A stretch of DNA of 64,000 nucleotides from Chiloscyllium plagiosum (lineage: Eukaryota), in the NCBI RefSeq assembly GCF_004010195.1, contig NC_057740.1:17726912-17790911 (forward strand), given 5' to 3'. Made by a program: the position numbers and the translations under genes. The notes beneath the pieces were generated by a model, which did not search any database, had not been told where the DNA came from, and saw only the letters and a list, made by a program, of their open reading frames with translations. Shown here in pieces: positions 24,488 through 36,775 of the stretch (position 1 is its first letter; every line of letters starts with the position of its first letter).

Positions 24488-26200
24488 CTGAATCAATTTG
24501 GCACAATACAGCTATTCATATTTGGCTTTAATGCTGTAATGAGGTCAGAAACTGAATGGCCTTGGTGGAACCCAAACTGGGCATTACTGAGCAGGTTATT
24601 GCTGAGTAAGTGCTGCTTGATAGCACTGTTGATGACACCTTCCATCACTTTACTGAAAGTTGAGAGTAGGCTGATAGGGAGGTAATTGGCTGGGTTGGAT
24701 TTGTCCTGCTTTTTATATACAGGACCTCCTGGGTAATTTTCCACATTGTCAGGTCGATACCAACATTGTAGCTATACTGCAACAGCTTGACTAGGGGTGT
24801 GGCAAGTTCTGGAGCACAGGTTTTCAGTACTACTGCTGGAATGCTGTCTGGGTCTTTGCAGTATCCAGTGCCTCCAACCATTTATTGATATCTCATGGAG
24901 TGAATCAAACCGGCTGAAGACTGGTTTCTGTGATGCTGGGGACCACTGGAGGAGGCCGAAATGAATCATTCACTCAAACATCTGGCGGAAGATTGCTGAA
25001 AATACTTCAGCTTTTTGCACTGATGTTCTGGGTTCTTCCATCATTGAGGATGGGGATATTTGTGGAGCCTCCTTCTCCAGTGAGTTGTTTAATTGTCCAC
25101 CACCACTCACAACTGGATGTGGCAGGACTGCAGAGCTTACATCCGATCCATTGTTGTAGGATTGCTTACCTTTGCCTATCATTTGCTTCTTATTCTGTTT
25201 AGCATGTAAGTAGTCCTGTTTGGTAGCTTCATTAGGTTGAAACCTCATTTTTACATATGCCTGGTGCTGCTCTTGGCATGCCCTCCTGAACTGTTCATTG
25301 AAACAGGGTTGATTCTGGCTTGATGGTAATAGTTGAGTGGGGGAAAAGCTGGGCCACGAGTTTGCAGATTGTGCTGCTGTTGATGGTCAACAGTACCTCA
25401 TGGATGCCCAGTCTTGAGTTGCTGGATCTGTTTGAAGTCTATCCCAATTAGATCATAGATAGTGCAACAGAACACAATGGACATTATTCTCAATGTGAAG
25501 GTGGGACCTCAACTCCACAAGGACTGTGCAGGGGTGCTCTTACCGATACTGTCATGGTCAGATACATCTGCAGCTGGCAGATTGGTGAGGATGTGGTCAA
25601 GTATGTTTTCCCTCTTGTTGGTTCCCTCATCACCTGCTGCAGATCCCATCTAGCAGCTACGTTCTTTAGGACCCAACCAGTTCGAACAGTAGTGCTTCAA
25701 CCAAGCCTCTCTTGGTGGTGGACATTGAAATCTCACACCTGGAGTATGTTTTGTATCCTTACCACCGTCAGTGCTTCCTCCATGTGTTTTTCAACATGGA
25801 GCAGTACTGATTCATCAGTCAAGGGAGAATAGTACATGGTAATCAATAGGTTTCCTTGCACATGTTTAACATGAAGTCATGAGACCTCATCAGGTCTGGA
25901 GACAATGTTGAAGACTCCCAAGCAACTCCCTCCTGACTGTAAACCACCGTGCCACCAGCTGTAGTGGGTCTGTCCTACAAGTAGGACAGGATATGTTCAG
26001 AGATAGTGATGGCGATGTCTAGAATATTGTCTGTAAGGTATGATTCCATGAGTATGACTATGTCAGGCTTTTGCTTGACTAGTCTGTGAGACAGTTCTGC
26101 CAGTTTTGGCACTAACCTCCAGATGTCAATAAGGAGGACTTTGCAAGGTTGACAGGGTTATTTCTACCATTATCTTTTCTGATATCTAGATGGATGCCAG
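24488..26200 (-). mobile_element. Decayed LINE (endonuclease and RT N-terminal part; CR1/jockey group)
   Basis: DSIPAVVLKTCAPELATPL..., KKQDKSNPANY.PISLLS..SKVMEGVINSAIK...AQFGFHQGHS; multiple frameshifts. Confidence 0.85.
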
Positions 26201-26377
26201 GTGGTCTCTCTGGTTCAGTTTCTTTGTTGAGACTTTGTAGTGAATGATACAGCTGAGTGCTAAGCCATTTCAGAGGGTAGTCGAGAGTCAATCACATTGC
26301 TGTGGGTCTGGAGTCACACATAGGCCAGACCAGGTGAGAATGGCAGATTTCATTCCCTGAAGGGCATTAGTTAACCT

Positions 26378-26575
26378 GCAACAAAAAGAGAGATTGCTGG
26401 AAAAGCTCAGCAGGTCTGGCAGCATCTGTGGAGGGAAATCAGAACTGAGGAAAAATCATTTGACACAAAATATTACTTCTGATTTGTCTCCACAGATGCT
26501 GCCAGACCTGCTGAGCTTTTCCTGCAGTCTTTATTTTTGTTTCTGATTTGCAGCATCCACAGTTGTTTCGAATTT
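26378..26575. mobile_element. Short palindromic PLE-derived element (related copies ~6190-6290, ~28095-28300, ~44430-44745)
   Basis: Inverted arms gctcagcaggtctggcagcatctgtggag / ctccacagatgctgccagacctgctgagc around a degenerate hammerhead-like core. Confidence 0.6.
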
Positions 26576-27467
26576 TATTTGGTAGTGAACCTGCACCTTG
26601 CTTTGAAGTGGGACTGTCAAAGGGTCACACGAAGAGTGGGATTGTCACTCTTTAAAGAGTAGAGCCATATTCTTGGCTGACATCTGAAGATTCAGAAACA
26701 CCTTGTGCCTCATTGAAGAAAAACAGTTATCATTAGCTAGTGGTACCAGGTATAGGTGACACAGACATAATGTTTTGCGCAAGAGTATGAGGGTGATGTT
26801 TTGTTTTAAGAATTGAATGGTAATGACCTGGAACTTGTTGCCTCCAAGGGTGATGAAAGTGAAAATGTTAAATAAGTTAAAAAGAAAATTGGATATATAC
26901 TTGGTAGGGGGAAATAACATGGTACTGCATAAGTTGTTGAACATAGACATTCCAATCACAGTTTTTCAACAACATGAAATAGTTCTCTATGCTATTTTAT
27001 AAACCAGACAATAGATTTTGTGTACCTTATCAAATAACATTCTTTGCACAGATCTACTAACTGTCCATTATCAAAATTACGTTTATTTTTCTTCCAGTGT
27101 CATCACAGAATACGTTCAGTCATTGTCTGAAAAATTAAAAGATCTCCCATTAAGGGGAAGACAGAGTGAATATTTTTCAACCTCTACTCAAATGATTATG
27201 AAGTAATAATATTATTGTCTCATTGCCAATGGCCATCATCTGTGGCAGAAGCATTTAGTCCTGGGCTTTCTGAAGTACAACTGCAAACTTGAAAAGGATC
27301 TTTTAAGAAAAGAGCTCATTAGGAACTTAAATGAAATAAAATTTAATGAGGATCAACTAATGCATTGAGAGGATGCTCCTTTAAAGGGGAACTTCCTACC
27401 AGCTTTGACAGACTTTTTTTTGAGGAAGAAGTTCCAGTTTATCAGACACAACCTGTGAACCTTATTG

Positions 27468-27756
27468 ATGGCTATTGCAAATCTTTCTGTTCACAACGAG
27501 AGTTTGAGGGGTTACCTCGGCACAACACAAAGTATTAAATGGCAGATGCAACGCCATATGGATGAGGAGGAGGAAGAAGAGGAGCAAAACATCTTACTCT
27601 CACCATTTGAGAAAGTTATTTCTGACATGAAGAATAGCAAGAAAGTTAAAAATGAACTGATACTTGGAAAAAGGATTGGATTTTACCAACTCCGTGGAGA
27701 AATTGGCACTGGGAACTTTTCAAAAGTGAAGCTTGGAATACACTGCTTGACAAAAG
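27468..27756 (+). CDS. NIM1K: NIM1K-like coding exon 1
   Basis: ATG at 27468; acidic run; Gly-rich loop; donor GTATGT at 27757. The exon probably starts at 27098 (ttcttccag acceptor). Confidence 0.88.
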
Positions 27757-30700
27757 GTATGTCTACCTGACCCATTCCTATCCTATATACTGAGCAGTCT
27801 GACTGATTAGAGGTTGTCTCCATTTTCACAAGAGACAATTTATACTGGTATCCAGATTATAAACAACAATCTGTCTGCTTTACAATACTTGGTGCCATAC
27901 TATGATTCTGTAATGTATTGTGAAATAATGTAATAGTAGCATTATATTCTAAACTAAACAATATGAAACAGTATGGAGCTTAATGCATCAAGCAATGCAT
28001 CTTTAAACCATTCATTAAAACTAGCAGAGGAAAATACCACTGACAATCATCACCAATTTTTGACATTGTTAAACTGACAATTTGGAAACCTGAAATAAAA
28101 ACTGAAAGTGTTCGAAAATGTCAGCAGATCTGGCAGCAATTGTGGCGACGGAAACAGCTAACATTTCAAGTCCAATTTGACTCTTCTTCAGAAAATGTCC
28201 ATTATGACTCTTCAGAAGAGCTTAAAATATTAATTTGATTTCATTTTCTACACATGCCACCTGACTCGCTGAGTTTCTGTGCACTTCAGTTTTTCAGCAT
28301 CCACCTCCATTCAATTAATAACGAAGTCTCATTGACAGCAGCCATCATCTGTGACAGAAGCATTTAGTTGTGGGCTTTCTGAAGCACAAAGACTAACAAA
28401 CACAAGTTAATTTGGAAACATGGCCCATTTAGAGCACTAGAAAACCTGCACTAGGAATGCAACCATAGATTATCACAGACACAACCACTATCAGCAAAGG
28501 TAATTTGTTACTGTTTCAGGTTCAGCACCAATTGACTACAGTTAACATTCACATGAGTTTTTACAATGTGGATGGTGAGAGCATCTTCTTTACAATTTTT
28601 TTTGCCTGTTTTGGAGTAATGAAGATAACTTTTTTTTGACATTTTCAAATTGGACAGCTCAACTTGATCTCGATAGTTGGAGTACTTAGTCAAATGTTTC
28701 TTTATTGGTGATCCCATGATAGGATTGTGTTAATCAATAAACGTTGTTATTGTAGTACTACCAAGTCTTTATTTGTGTAGGATGCCTCAGCTTTGAACTT
28801 AGGAACAGTTGGCAGTTCAGCCTCTTATCCTGAGTGGCCCACGTCATAAGGTGGACAATGCAGCTTTAGCTGCATGAGTTGGTGTATTTCCATATTTCAA
28901 AGATTTTATGGACCTTAAGGCTGTCTTCAGTTTGTTCAGACACATCTCTCATATACATGTCTCTTAAAAAGCCTTTGCTTTCTGTCTTCCTTCTCAATGT
29001 TTTCATTTGCCACTGACTTAATCTTATGTTCCATGCATCTTGTCTAGCTAAATATCAACAGACCAATCAACCTCTGCCTCGTTTGCCAAAACCACCCACC
29101 ACTTCCGGGAGGCAAAAATAGCTCTTAGCTTTTTTTCTAAAAGACCAACAATTGCCTTTAACACATTTCCTCTGTGCATCACCACTCCAACCTTCAACAG
29201 TAATCCTTTGTAAAGGGGACTGGGACTATCCATTCAACTTTTACTGCATTGCTTCTCCTTAGCCATAAAGTCAAACTCTACTGTGCTCCACATCTCCCAC
29301 ATGTGAGCCCTGAACTAGTTTTGTCTAGTTTCTCTCCTTCCTCCTCTTTTATCCATGAGACCCAGTTTCTGCTTCTTTGACTCCACAGTTATGAAACTGA
29401 ACTTCCCTTCTCAACCTTCATTGTAATAGGCCCTGAGATACTGTTATTCTCCTTTTTGAAACTGCCATACTTAGAAAGTCCTGTTTCTTAAAAAAAAAAC
29501 AACTCAACCTCTCTGTCATTGTAAACTGCTGCCTCATCTTCTGCAAACTAATTCAATGTGGTTCTGCCTTCAAAAGTTTTGTTCGATTTGATGCAATTCC
29601 ATGCTTCAATCTCTTTATTTTAGTGAAGTATCCCTAACCAGATTCTCTAATTACATTTGCTCTGAACATGGCCATTACATATCCCATCTTTATTAGCCTT
29701 TCCATATCCTTTGACAGGGTTGGTGACTGGGTTACCCTCCAAAGTCTCCCTTCCATTTCTAGTTCATTGGAATTGTTTGCCTCCTCAGGGTCCTATTTTC
29801 CCAAGTTGAACTTTCAACCCATGTCTTGTCTGTAACAAGATCAACTGTTTACACTTGGACAACATTAGCTATTTTTGCTCTTGCCTCATTCCATTTAGCA
29901 TTAAAAAAAAAGTGAATTCATACCTTTAGTGCCTTCAGACTTGATTATTTTCAATGTTCCAGGCTAAAATCTCATCGTTCACTCACCGTTTTGTTTTCCC
30001 TTTACTTCAGCTCGTGGATTTAAAGATTCAAAAGACCCCTTTCTGTGCCATAATTACTTTATTGCACATCAAAACTTGGCTATTGTACTATATCCCACAT
30101 CAAGTCCTGCTGACCTTGCAATCTTGTCTTCAATGACAAACATTGGTTTTGTTTGCATTACACTTCAAAATTTAAGGCACTCATTCTGTTTTTGATCCTC
30201 TGTTTCTTACCCTCAATCTCCACCTAAACTCTTTATTCCCCTGACTCCAGCCTCGAGTAAACTCTCAACCCTTACCCTAACTAATAAATCTGATATTCAA
30301 CTGCTTTGCAAGCTCCAGTTACTTGATGTAGAATCAGATTGTGTTATGAAGTGTTTTGTCCCTCAGTACACTGCATGATGTCAAGCAGCGGAAAACGATA
30401 ATGGCAAAATTCCAAAATACCCATTACCTGTAATAATAATGAGGTCAGTAATTTAAAAAGAGGCAAAATCATTCAAACAGGTAAAATTCATAAATCCTAG
30501 AACATTGAAGTTTATGAAGAAAAGAATACTAAATTAAAGCTGAGCTGGTAAAGGTGTAGTTGTCTGTTGTTGGAACCAGAATGGAAATCACACTAGCTAT
30601 TAGGTGACTATAAATCAACATATTGTAGTCATATTAATTTAAAGCACACGCCTGGTACTGGGACAATGATCTCCTGGGGTTTTATTCACCAAGGCACTGA

Positions 30701-33700
30701 ATCACCGCCTCCACAAACCCCTCGCACCATTTTCCCCACCCCAGTGAGCCATCCTATTTACTAACATAGAATGTGAACTAGGGCTATCAAGATAAAGGTG
30801 ATACTGTTTTAATAATCTGGAAAATTATATCCAAACATTAACATAAAATTGTCCTGAAGATTACCAATAGTGATTAAATTGAAAGGGGCAACATTAAAGC
30901 AGCATAAAAACATCCAAATATTAAAAACTGCTTGGCTTAGTCTAGTATAGAGATGGAAATGTGTTGCTGGAAAAGCGCAGCAGGTCAGGCAGCATCTAGG
31001 GAACAGGAGAATCGACATTTCGGGCATTAGCCCTTCTTCAGGAATTAGTCTAGTATAGTACCAGTCAGCATACACAATCTCAGTAAATTAAAGATTTTTG
31101 TTTGTGTCCTAGTACGCACTACCCTGATGTATAGTGGTGCTTGGAAAACTCTGCATATACAGTCCATGAGTATTGGCTTGCAACAAAACTTAAGTATTGC
31201 TTCAAAAAGAGATATGCTGTTAAAATCTTTCATCTTGCACTCAGCAGGACAGATAGAAAAATGTTAAGTCTCAAATGGGTAGAATATTTTGTACTGCATG
31301 AGAAAAGTGATGTTGACTAGTTGGCAGTTCAGATCTTACTGGTTGTGAGATTGCCAATGACAAATGCACAGGAACTATTATTCTTCATGCTTTTACTTAC
31401 TTAAAAATGTACAATGTCTGGACATGTCTCTGCATACGAAGTTCCACATATTCAACAGGCTATACTCAATGAATCCATGCTTACAAAAGTCAGAGTATAA
31501 TCTCTCATGTTACATGTGATTATGCTATTGGGCAGTATTTATTAAATAACTCTGAGTGTGCTAAGAGTTACATTAACAACTAATTTAAGATTATCAGTTA
31601 GGTTTGTAATATAGCCTACTTGCATTTAATAGAAGCTACAAATATCCAGACACCTTTCTTCAGCAGATATATTGAAATATTATGAATTATTAATATAATT
31701 GAGTGTCTTTCTCTCTGTAACTTATAGAAAAGGTGGCAATTAAAATCATGAATAAAAAGCAAATAACCCAGAAGTCACGACAACTGTTCATAAACGAAAT
31801 TCTGAGTATGGAGCAACTTCATCATCCAAATATCATCAGGCTGTATGAGATGCTGGAAACACAATCTAGACTGTACCTGGTCTTGGAGTATGCAGATGGA
31901 GGGGATCTTTTTACCAAGGTCTCCACAAGGGGACGTCTCTTGGAATATGAGAGTAAATTTATATTTATTCAGATTGTATCAGCTGTTAAACATATGGTAA
32001 GTGGAGATGTAGTCTTGGCTTTAAAATAAGCCTCTTGTATTGACATCATTAAGTTGATATTGCCTTTTTTGCACATGACTAAATTAGACTGGTACCAAAC
32101 ATTCACCTAATGGACAATCTCATATTAAAGACAAATCGTTTAAGGTCGATTGTCTATATAATCTTTCCGTTCCTGCATCATTACTAAAGTCTGACATATC
32201 CACCAGATTGCATTTAGTTTTCAGACTGCCAGAGGATATTGTGAGAGGAAGAAAGCAGTATCAATTTTATATACTTCAAAGTCCTTATGGAATGACCAGG
32301 TAGCAGCATAGTGTAGAGGTTGCCACAACATTCAGAGAATGAAGAAGATCCTACAAGGTATGTCATTCTTTTCTTCTTCTGCCCTCATCCAAATATTACT
32401 CATGTCTTAAAAGACTCATTTTTCACTAAAATGAATTGCAGTTACTTATTTGGTGCTCATTTATTTATACAACACTGCATGACCAACAGGCATGTGACCA
32501 TGGCTCTTGACTTTGGTTCCTTCAGAAGGACCAAGGTCAGTGATCAAGATGGTATTTGCTAGCAAGTTTCCTGAGCATTATTAATTCCTGATCATCATCG
32601 TCATCTGTTTCTATCAAGGAGGACACATGTGAGTGGGCTGGTGAAACACATTCGAATGCAGAGATTGTCTGAACAATATTATACATAACACTACGTGACA
32701 CTGCGCCTGAGTACAAGCAGGTAGTTATCTACCATGATATCGTCCTGAGTGAAGACAGCATCAGTTCATATTGCAAGACTTCAAATCATGCATTGTCTGA
32801 AAATCATATTTAGCTTTGGTGACAGATGAGACTCCTTGAAATGAGGATGTTGAGATTTTTGAACAGCTTGAGATATTTATTGATGAATAGCCATCACAAA
32901 GCCAAATGTTTAAAAAAAGATATTGACATGGATGTGATAGCAGTTAAACTGTAACAGTAGAAGCATTTTCATGAACTTTCTGAGGTAAGAATATGCCAAT
33001 AGCAATTTGGGTGTAAAGACCCATGCCCTGTGATCCTAAACATATCCAAGATTATATGCAATAATCCAGTGGATTGGTGATATGAAAGTCGGCATAGCTT
33101 TAACCAGTCTCTCAGCAAACAGTCTGAAGCTTTCTCCAGCTATAAGCTATAATCCAACAAACACTCTTTCTATGGCAGGTCAACATTATCAGATACATAG
33201 AAAAGTAAAGAGGGTAGTCAAAAAATGATGTATATAATCTCCAAACTTCAGTTAGGAAGGGGTTACAGGTCAGGTGCAGTCATGGCCTCTGTTCTTCTGG
33301 CCTGAGCAAAATAGCAGACTTTTGTTGCTCCAACAGCTTGATCTCCTTTAAAAAAACTTATTTTTCTAATCAACCTATTAGGAGATGTTATTACCCACCG
33401 CTGGAGCAAGTGGAACTTGAACCCTGGTCTCTTGGTCCAGAGGTAGGGACACTACCCCCACTTTGCTGCAAGAGGGCCCCTAACGCATCAACTCTAGAAT
33501 TCAGTGACATTGCCCCCTTCAGCATGATAATTGATCAGTCTGACCAATGGTGATCAGTTGTGTCCTTCGAGGCCTGATTTTTCAGTGACACAAGTTAGCT
33601 TATAGGATTTGCCTTATCTGGGATCAGAACTTCTGTGGGTCCCTCAAATTCTCATCAGCACCAACCATGAGAAAGGAAGAAAAAACAATCCTTAAAGGCA

Positions 33701-35582
33701 GCCTTTATGGAAGTCAAAACAGGATATAGAAACAGTAGTTTAGTAATATTGTCACCGGACTAATAATTCTGAGGCTCAGAGTAATGCTCTGGGGAACATA
33801 GGTTCGAATGTTATGACAGCAGCTTTTAGAAATTAAAGAAATTGTAACTTAATTAATAAATATGGACTATAAACTCCCCTCAGTAAAGGTGACCATAAAA
33901 CTATCATTGATTGTTGTTAAAAATATTAATTTCGCTTATTAATATCCTTTACTGAAGGAAATCTTGCCACCTTGACATGACCCTAGATTGATGGTAATGT
34001 GGTTAATTCTCAACTCCCCACTGAAATGGCCGAAGAAGCCACTCAATTCAAATGCAATTAGGGATGGGTGAGAAAATGCTAGCCCAAAGAATTAAAAAAA
34101 AACCTGTTAAAAACGTGACAATTTAAAAAATGTAAAGCAGCAATTTGTCAACTAAACTTGACTGGGAGGTGTATATCACTGTTGCTTTCTATCCTCCTCC
34201 ATCTTCCAACTGTGCTTGACTAACGGAATCCAGTGTCAGAAAGAAATCCATTGTCAGAAAGGAATCCAGAGTTCAGGAAAGGAGGCCAGTGCAGGAAAGG
34301 AATCCACAGTGCAGACCCATCAGAAAAGAATGGGTAGATGCAACAGAAAATGAAGAGAAGATTACCAAATTGCGATTGTGTTGTTGAATTCGATCTATTT
34401 GTTTCTGATACTCTGTGAGTTGTAGAAGAATTACCTCTTTATTCAGATAAGGAAGGTATAAAGAATCATTTGGAATCCCAACTCCCAGAGAATTACTTAC
34501 CCGGCCTCACTAGTGGCACATATATCTAGGGATCCCCTCCATATTATCTGAATATCAAAGAACTGAAGCCCGATGGACGTCTGTCAGAGAAATAAAGAGG
34601 CAGGGTTAAGATTCTTCTTCTACTATATTCTTAATAACCTTAGAAATGTTAATCTTGGCTATGCTCTGGGGAGAAGTCAATGTTGGAATGGAGTGATGGA
34701 GTTGGAGCTGGTGATAGCTCTGGTGTGCCTGGTATGTTTATTAAAACTAATCTACTATCAATTCCAAATTTTTCCCATCTATTCCTTCCTTCCTTCCTTC
34801 ATATTTGCTTAACTTTCCATTTTCCTTTTCAGCATGAAAACAATGTGATCCATCGGGATCTCAAGGCAGAAAATGTGTTCTACTCAGCTACTAACTGTGT
34901 GAAGTTGGGTGACTTTGGCTTCAGTGCAGTGTGTCCTTTGTCAGAACCCTTAAACACTTGTTGTGGCTCTCCTCCATATGCAGCACCCGAGCTCTTTAAA
35001 GAAAATAGCTACTTTGGAATTCATGTGGACATCTGGGCCCTGGGCATCCTATTGTACTTCATGGTGACGGCAACCTTGCCTTTCCGTGCGGAAACTATCA
35101 GGAAGCTGAAAAAGTACATTTTACTAGGATCATACACAATTCCATCATATGTATCAGATCCCTGCCGGAAACTAATTCATGGAATTCTTCAAATCATTCC
35201 AACAAACCGTTACACCCTGGACAACATCCTGGACAGTCCATGGCTGAAGGGAATGGAATGTCCTGAGCCATACCAACCATTCCACTTGAATCCAGCACAC
35301 CTAGTCAGTTCTCTCCCTCTAAACGAAGAGGAAAAGGAGGTGAAGAAGGCATTGAGAGGCCTGGGAATCACAGAGGAGCACATCTGTAATAATCCTAATT
35401 GGGACTGTCACAGTCCCATCACTGGGACTTATCGCATCCTTCTCCACCGGAGTCATAAGAGGCACTATTCAGACGGTCCTGTCATGATGAACAATTGTCC
35501 TGCAAAACCCAGGCTGAATGAAAACCGGAAGAAGCGTCTCAAAGCACGTGTGCAGACTTCACGGATGTGTCTAATTCTGTAA
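27468..35582 (+). CDS. NIM1K: NIM1K-like serine/threonine kinase (AMPK-related); join(27468..27756,31728..31996,34833..35582), 435 aa
   Basis: LSPFEK...LGKRIGFY..RGEIGTGNFSKVKLGIH.LTK|EKVAIK...SAVKHM|HEN.VIHRDLKAENVFY..DFG..NTCCGSPPYAAPE...LGITEEHI...CLIL*. Colinear with human NIM1K; exons join in phase. Orthologue versus paralogue is unresolved. Confidence 0.92.
30951..31044 (-). mobile_element. 94-bp PLE mini-insertion containing a minimal hammerhead motif
   Basis: Minus strand reads CTGAAGA-a-gggc-taat-gccc-GAAA-tgtc; 14-bp TSD ttagtctagtatag at 30937-30950 and 31045-31058. Confidence 0.8.
31728..31996 (+). CDS. NIM1K: NIM1K-like coding exon 2
   Basis: ttatag acceptor; VAIK, alphaC Glu, HPNIIRLYE; donor GTAAGT. 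Confidence 0.92.
34833..35582 (+). CDS. NIM1K: NIM1K-like coding exon 3
   Basis: ttttcag acceptor; HRD, DFG and APE motifs; C-terminal CLIL. Confidence 0.93.
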   Translation, partial: HENNVIHRDLKAENVFYSATNCVKLGDFGFSAVCPLSEPLNTCCGSPPYAAPELFKENSYFGIHVDIWALGILLYFMVTATLPFRAETIRKLKKYILLGSYTIPSYVSDPCRKLIHGILQIIPTNRYTLDNILDSPWLKGMECPEPYQPFHLNPAHLVSSLPLNEEEKEVKKALRGLGITEEHICNNPNWDCHSPITGTYRILLHRSHKRHYSDGPVMMNNCPAKPRLNENRKKRLKARVQTSRMCLIL

Positions 35583-35792
35583 ACTCTAATTCTGGTGCAC
35601 ACGCACCAACGTTACTCTAACAAGGTATGAAATGTTGCAGCTAGATATTGCCAAGGCTGAAGATGGAGATGGCTGATGAGGCAGTGAGTACAGTATTAAG
35701 AAACCTCTCCCAGTTTCAGGTGGTAAATAGCCATTAAATACTTAGGATTCAGGTATGCTCTGTGTAGGAACTGTCAGTAATAGTTCTCTGAA

Positions 35793-35798
35793 AATAAA
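35793..35798 (+). terminator. Candidate polyadenylation signal of the NIM1K-like gene
   Basis: AATAAA ~210 nt after the stop, followed by T-rich sequence; a second AATAAA at 35949-35954. Confidence 0.5.
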
Positions 35799-36349
35799 GA
35801 AAATATTTATTTTTCGCACAATGTCTCACATACTATTAGAATCCCAGCAGCCATATAAATGAATAACTTTTCTGGATAAATATTCAATTTAAAATCAAAT
35901 AGATGATTAAAAAGGTTTTAATTTTTACACATTTTTAAAAAAAAGTTAAATAAAGGTCTATTCTTCATAAGTATTCAGAATAGGTATGAGGTATGATTCC
36001 AATTCTGGGATAGGAGAGATTGATTTAAATGTCAGAGTTCAAGTATTGCCTGCCACAAGCTAGATTAAACAAACACACATGCAAGCACCAGCCTAGCTTT
36101 TGTCTGAGATGTTGACACATCTCTCAAAAAATTTCAAATGTCTCACGTTCAGGTGTGTAATTGCTATTATATTGTAGCATTCTTCTCTAAGCAAGATTTT
36201 ACAAACAATGATAAAATGAATGACAGGTTTTATAAGTTTGGTTGAGGAAGATACCAGGGAAATGAACTACGGACTCCTCTTCAGACAATGTGATGGCTAA
36301 TTCACATGAATGTAAGGTATGCTAAGTCGGCAGAGAGGAATTTGAATGA

Positions 36350-36775
36350 CCATCCTTGGCCTCCTGCATTGCCACAGCGAATCAGGCTGCAAATTGGAGA
36401 AACAATACCTCATCTTCCGCCTGGTTAGCCTACAGCCCGGAGGACTCAACACTGAGTTCCCCAATTTCAAATAATCTCCCTTCCCGTCCCCAAACTCCCT
36501 TTCCAGTCCCTCCCCCTCCCTTCCATTCCTCTGATTGACCCTTCCTTCCAGCTACCAACCAGATTAATTCCTCCCATTGACCAACCAGATTGTAGCCTCT
36601 ACTTATGTTCACCCATCCCCATCCAAAACCCTCCCCCACCTGACCTTCCCTTTATCTGCAGTTCCCCTCACACCCACCCCAGTCCTGAACAAAGGTTACA
36701 CCTGAAACGTTGACTTTTTCACCTCCTGATGCTGCCTGGCCTGCTGTGTTCTTCCAGCCTCCTGCTTGTCTATCT
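36350..36775 (+). mobile_element. PLE 3' fragment (GIY-YIG C-terminus and pLTR)
   Basis: ILGLLHCHS...KLEKQYLIFRL..LQP.GLN.EF-like remnant; pLTR with degenerate hammerhead at ~36685-36712. Confidence 0.7.

Noticed and set aside
34225-34315. Degenerate ~18-bp tandem repeat (ggaatccagtgtcagaaa)
   Set aside because: Ordinary short intronic minisatellite with no sign of function.
34680-34832. 51-codon in-frame extension upstream of kinase exon 3
   Set aside because: Reads through the polypyrimidine tract from a TTG start; the true exon begins at 34833.
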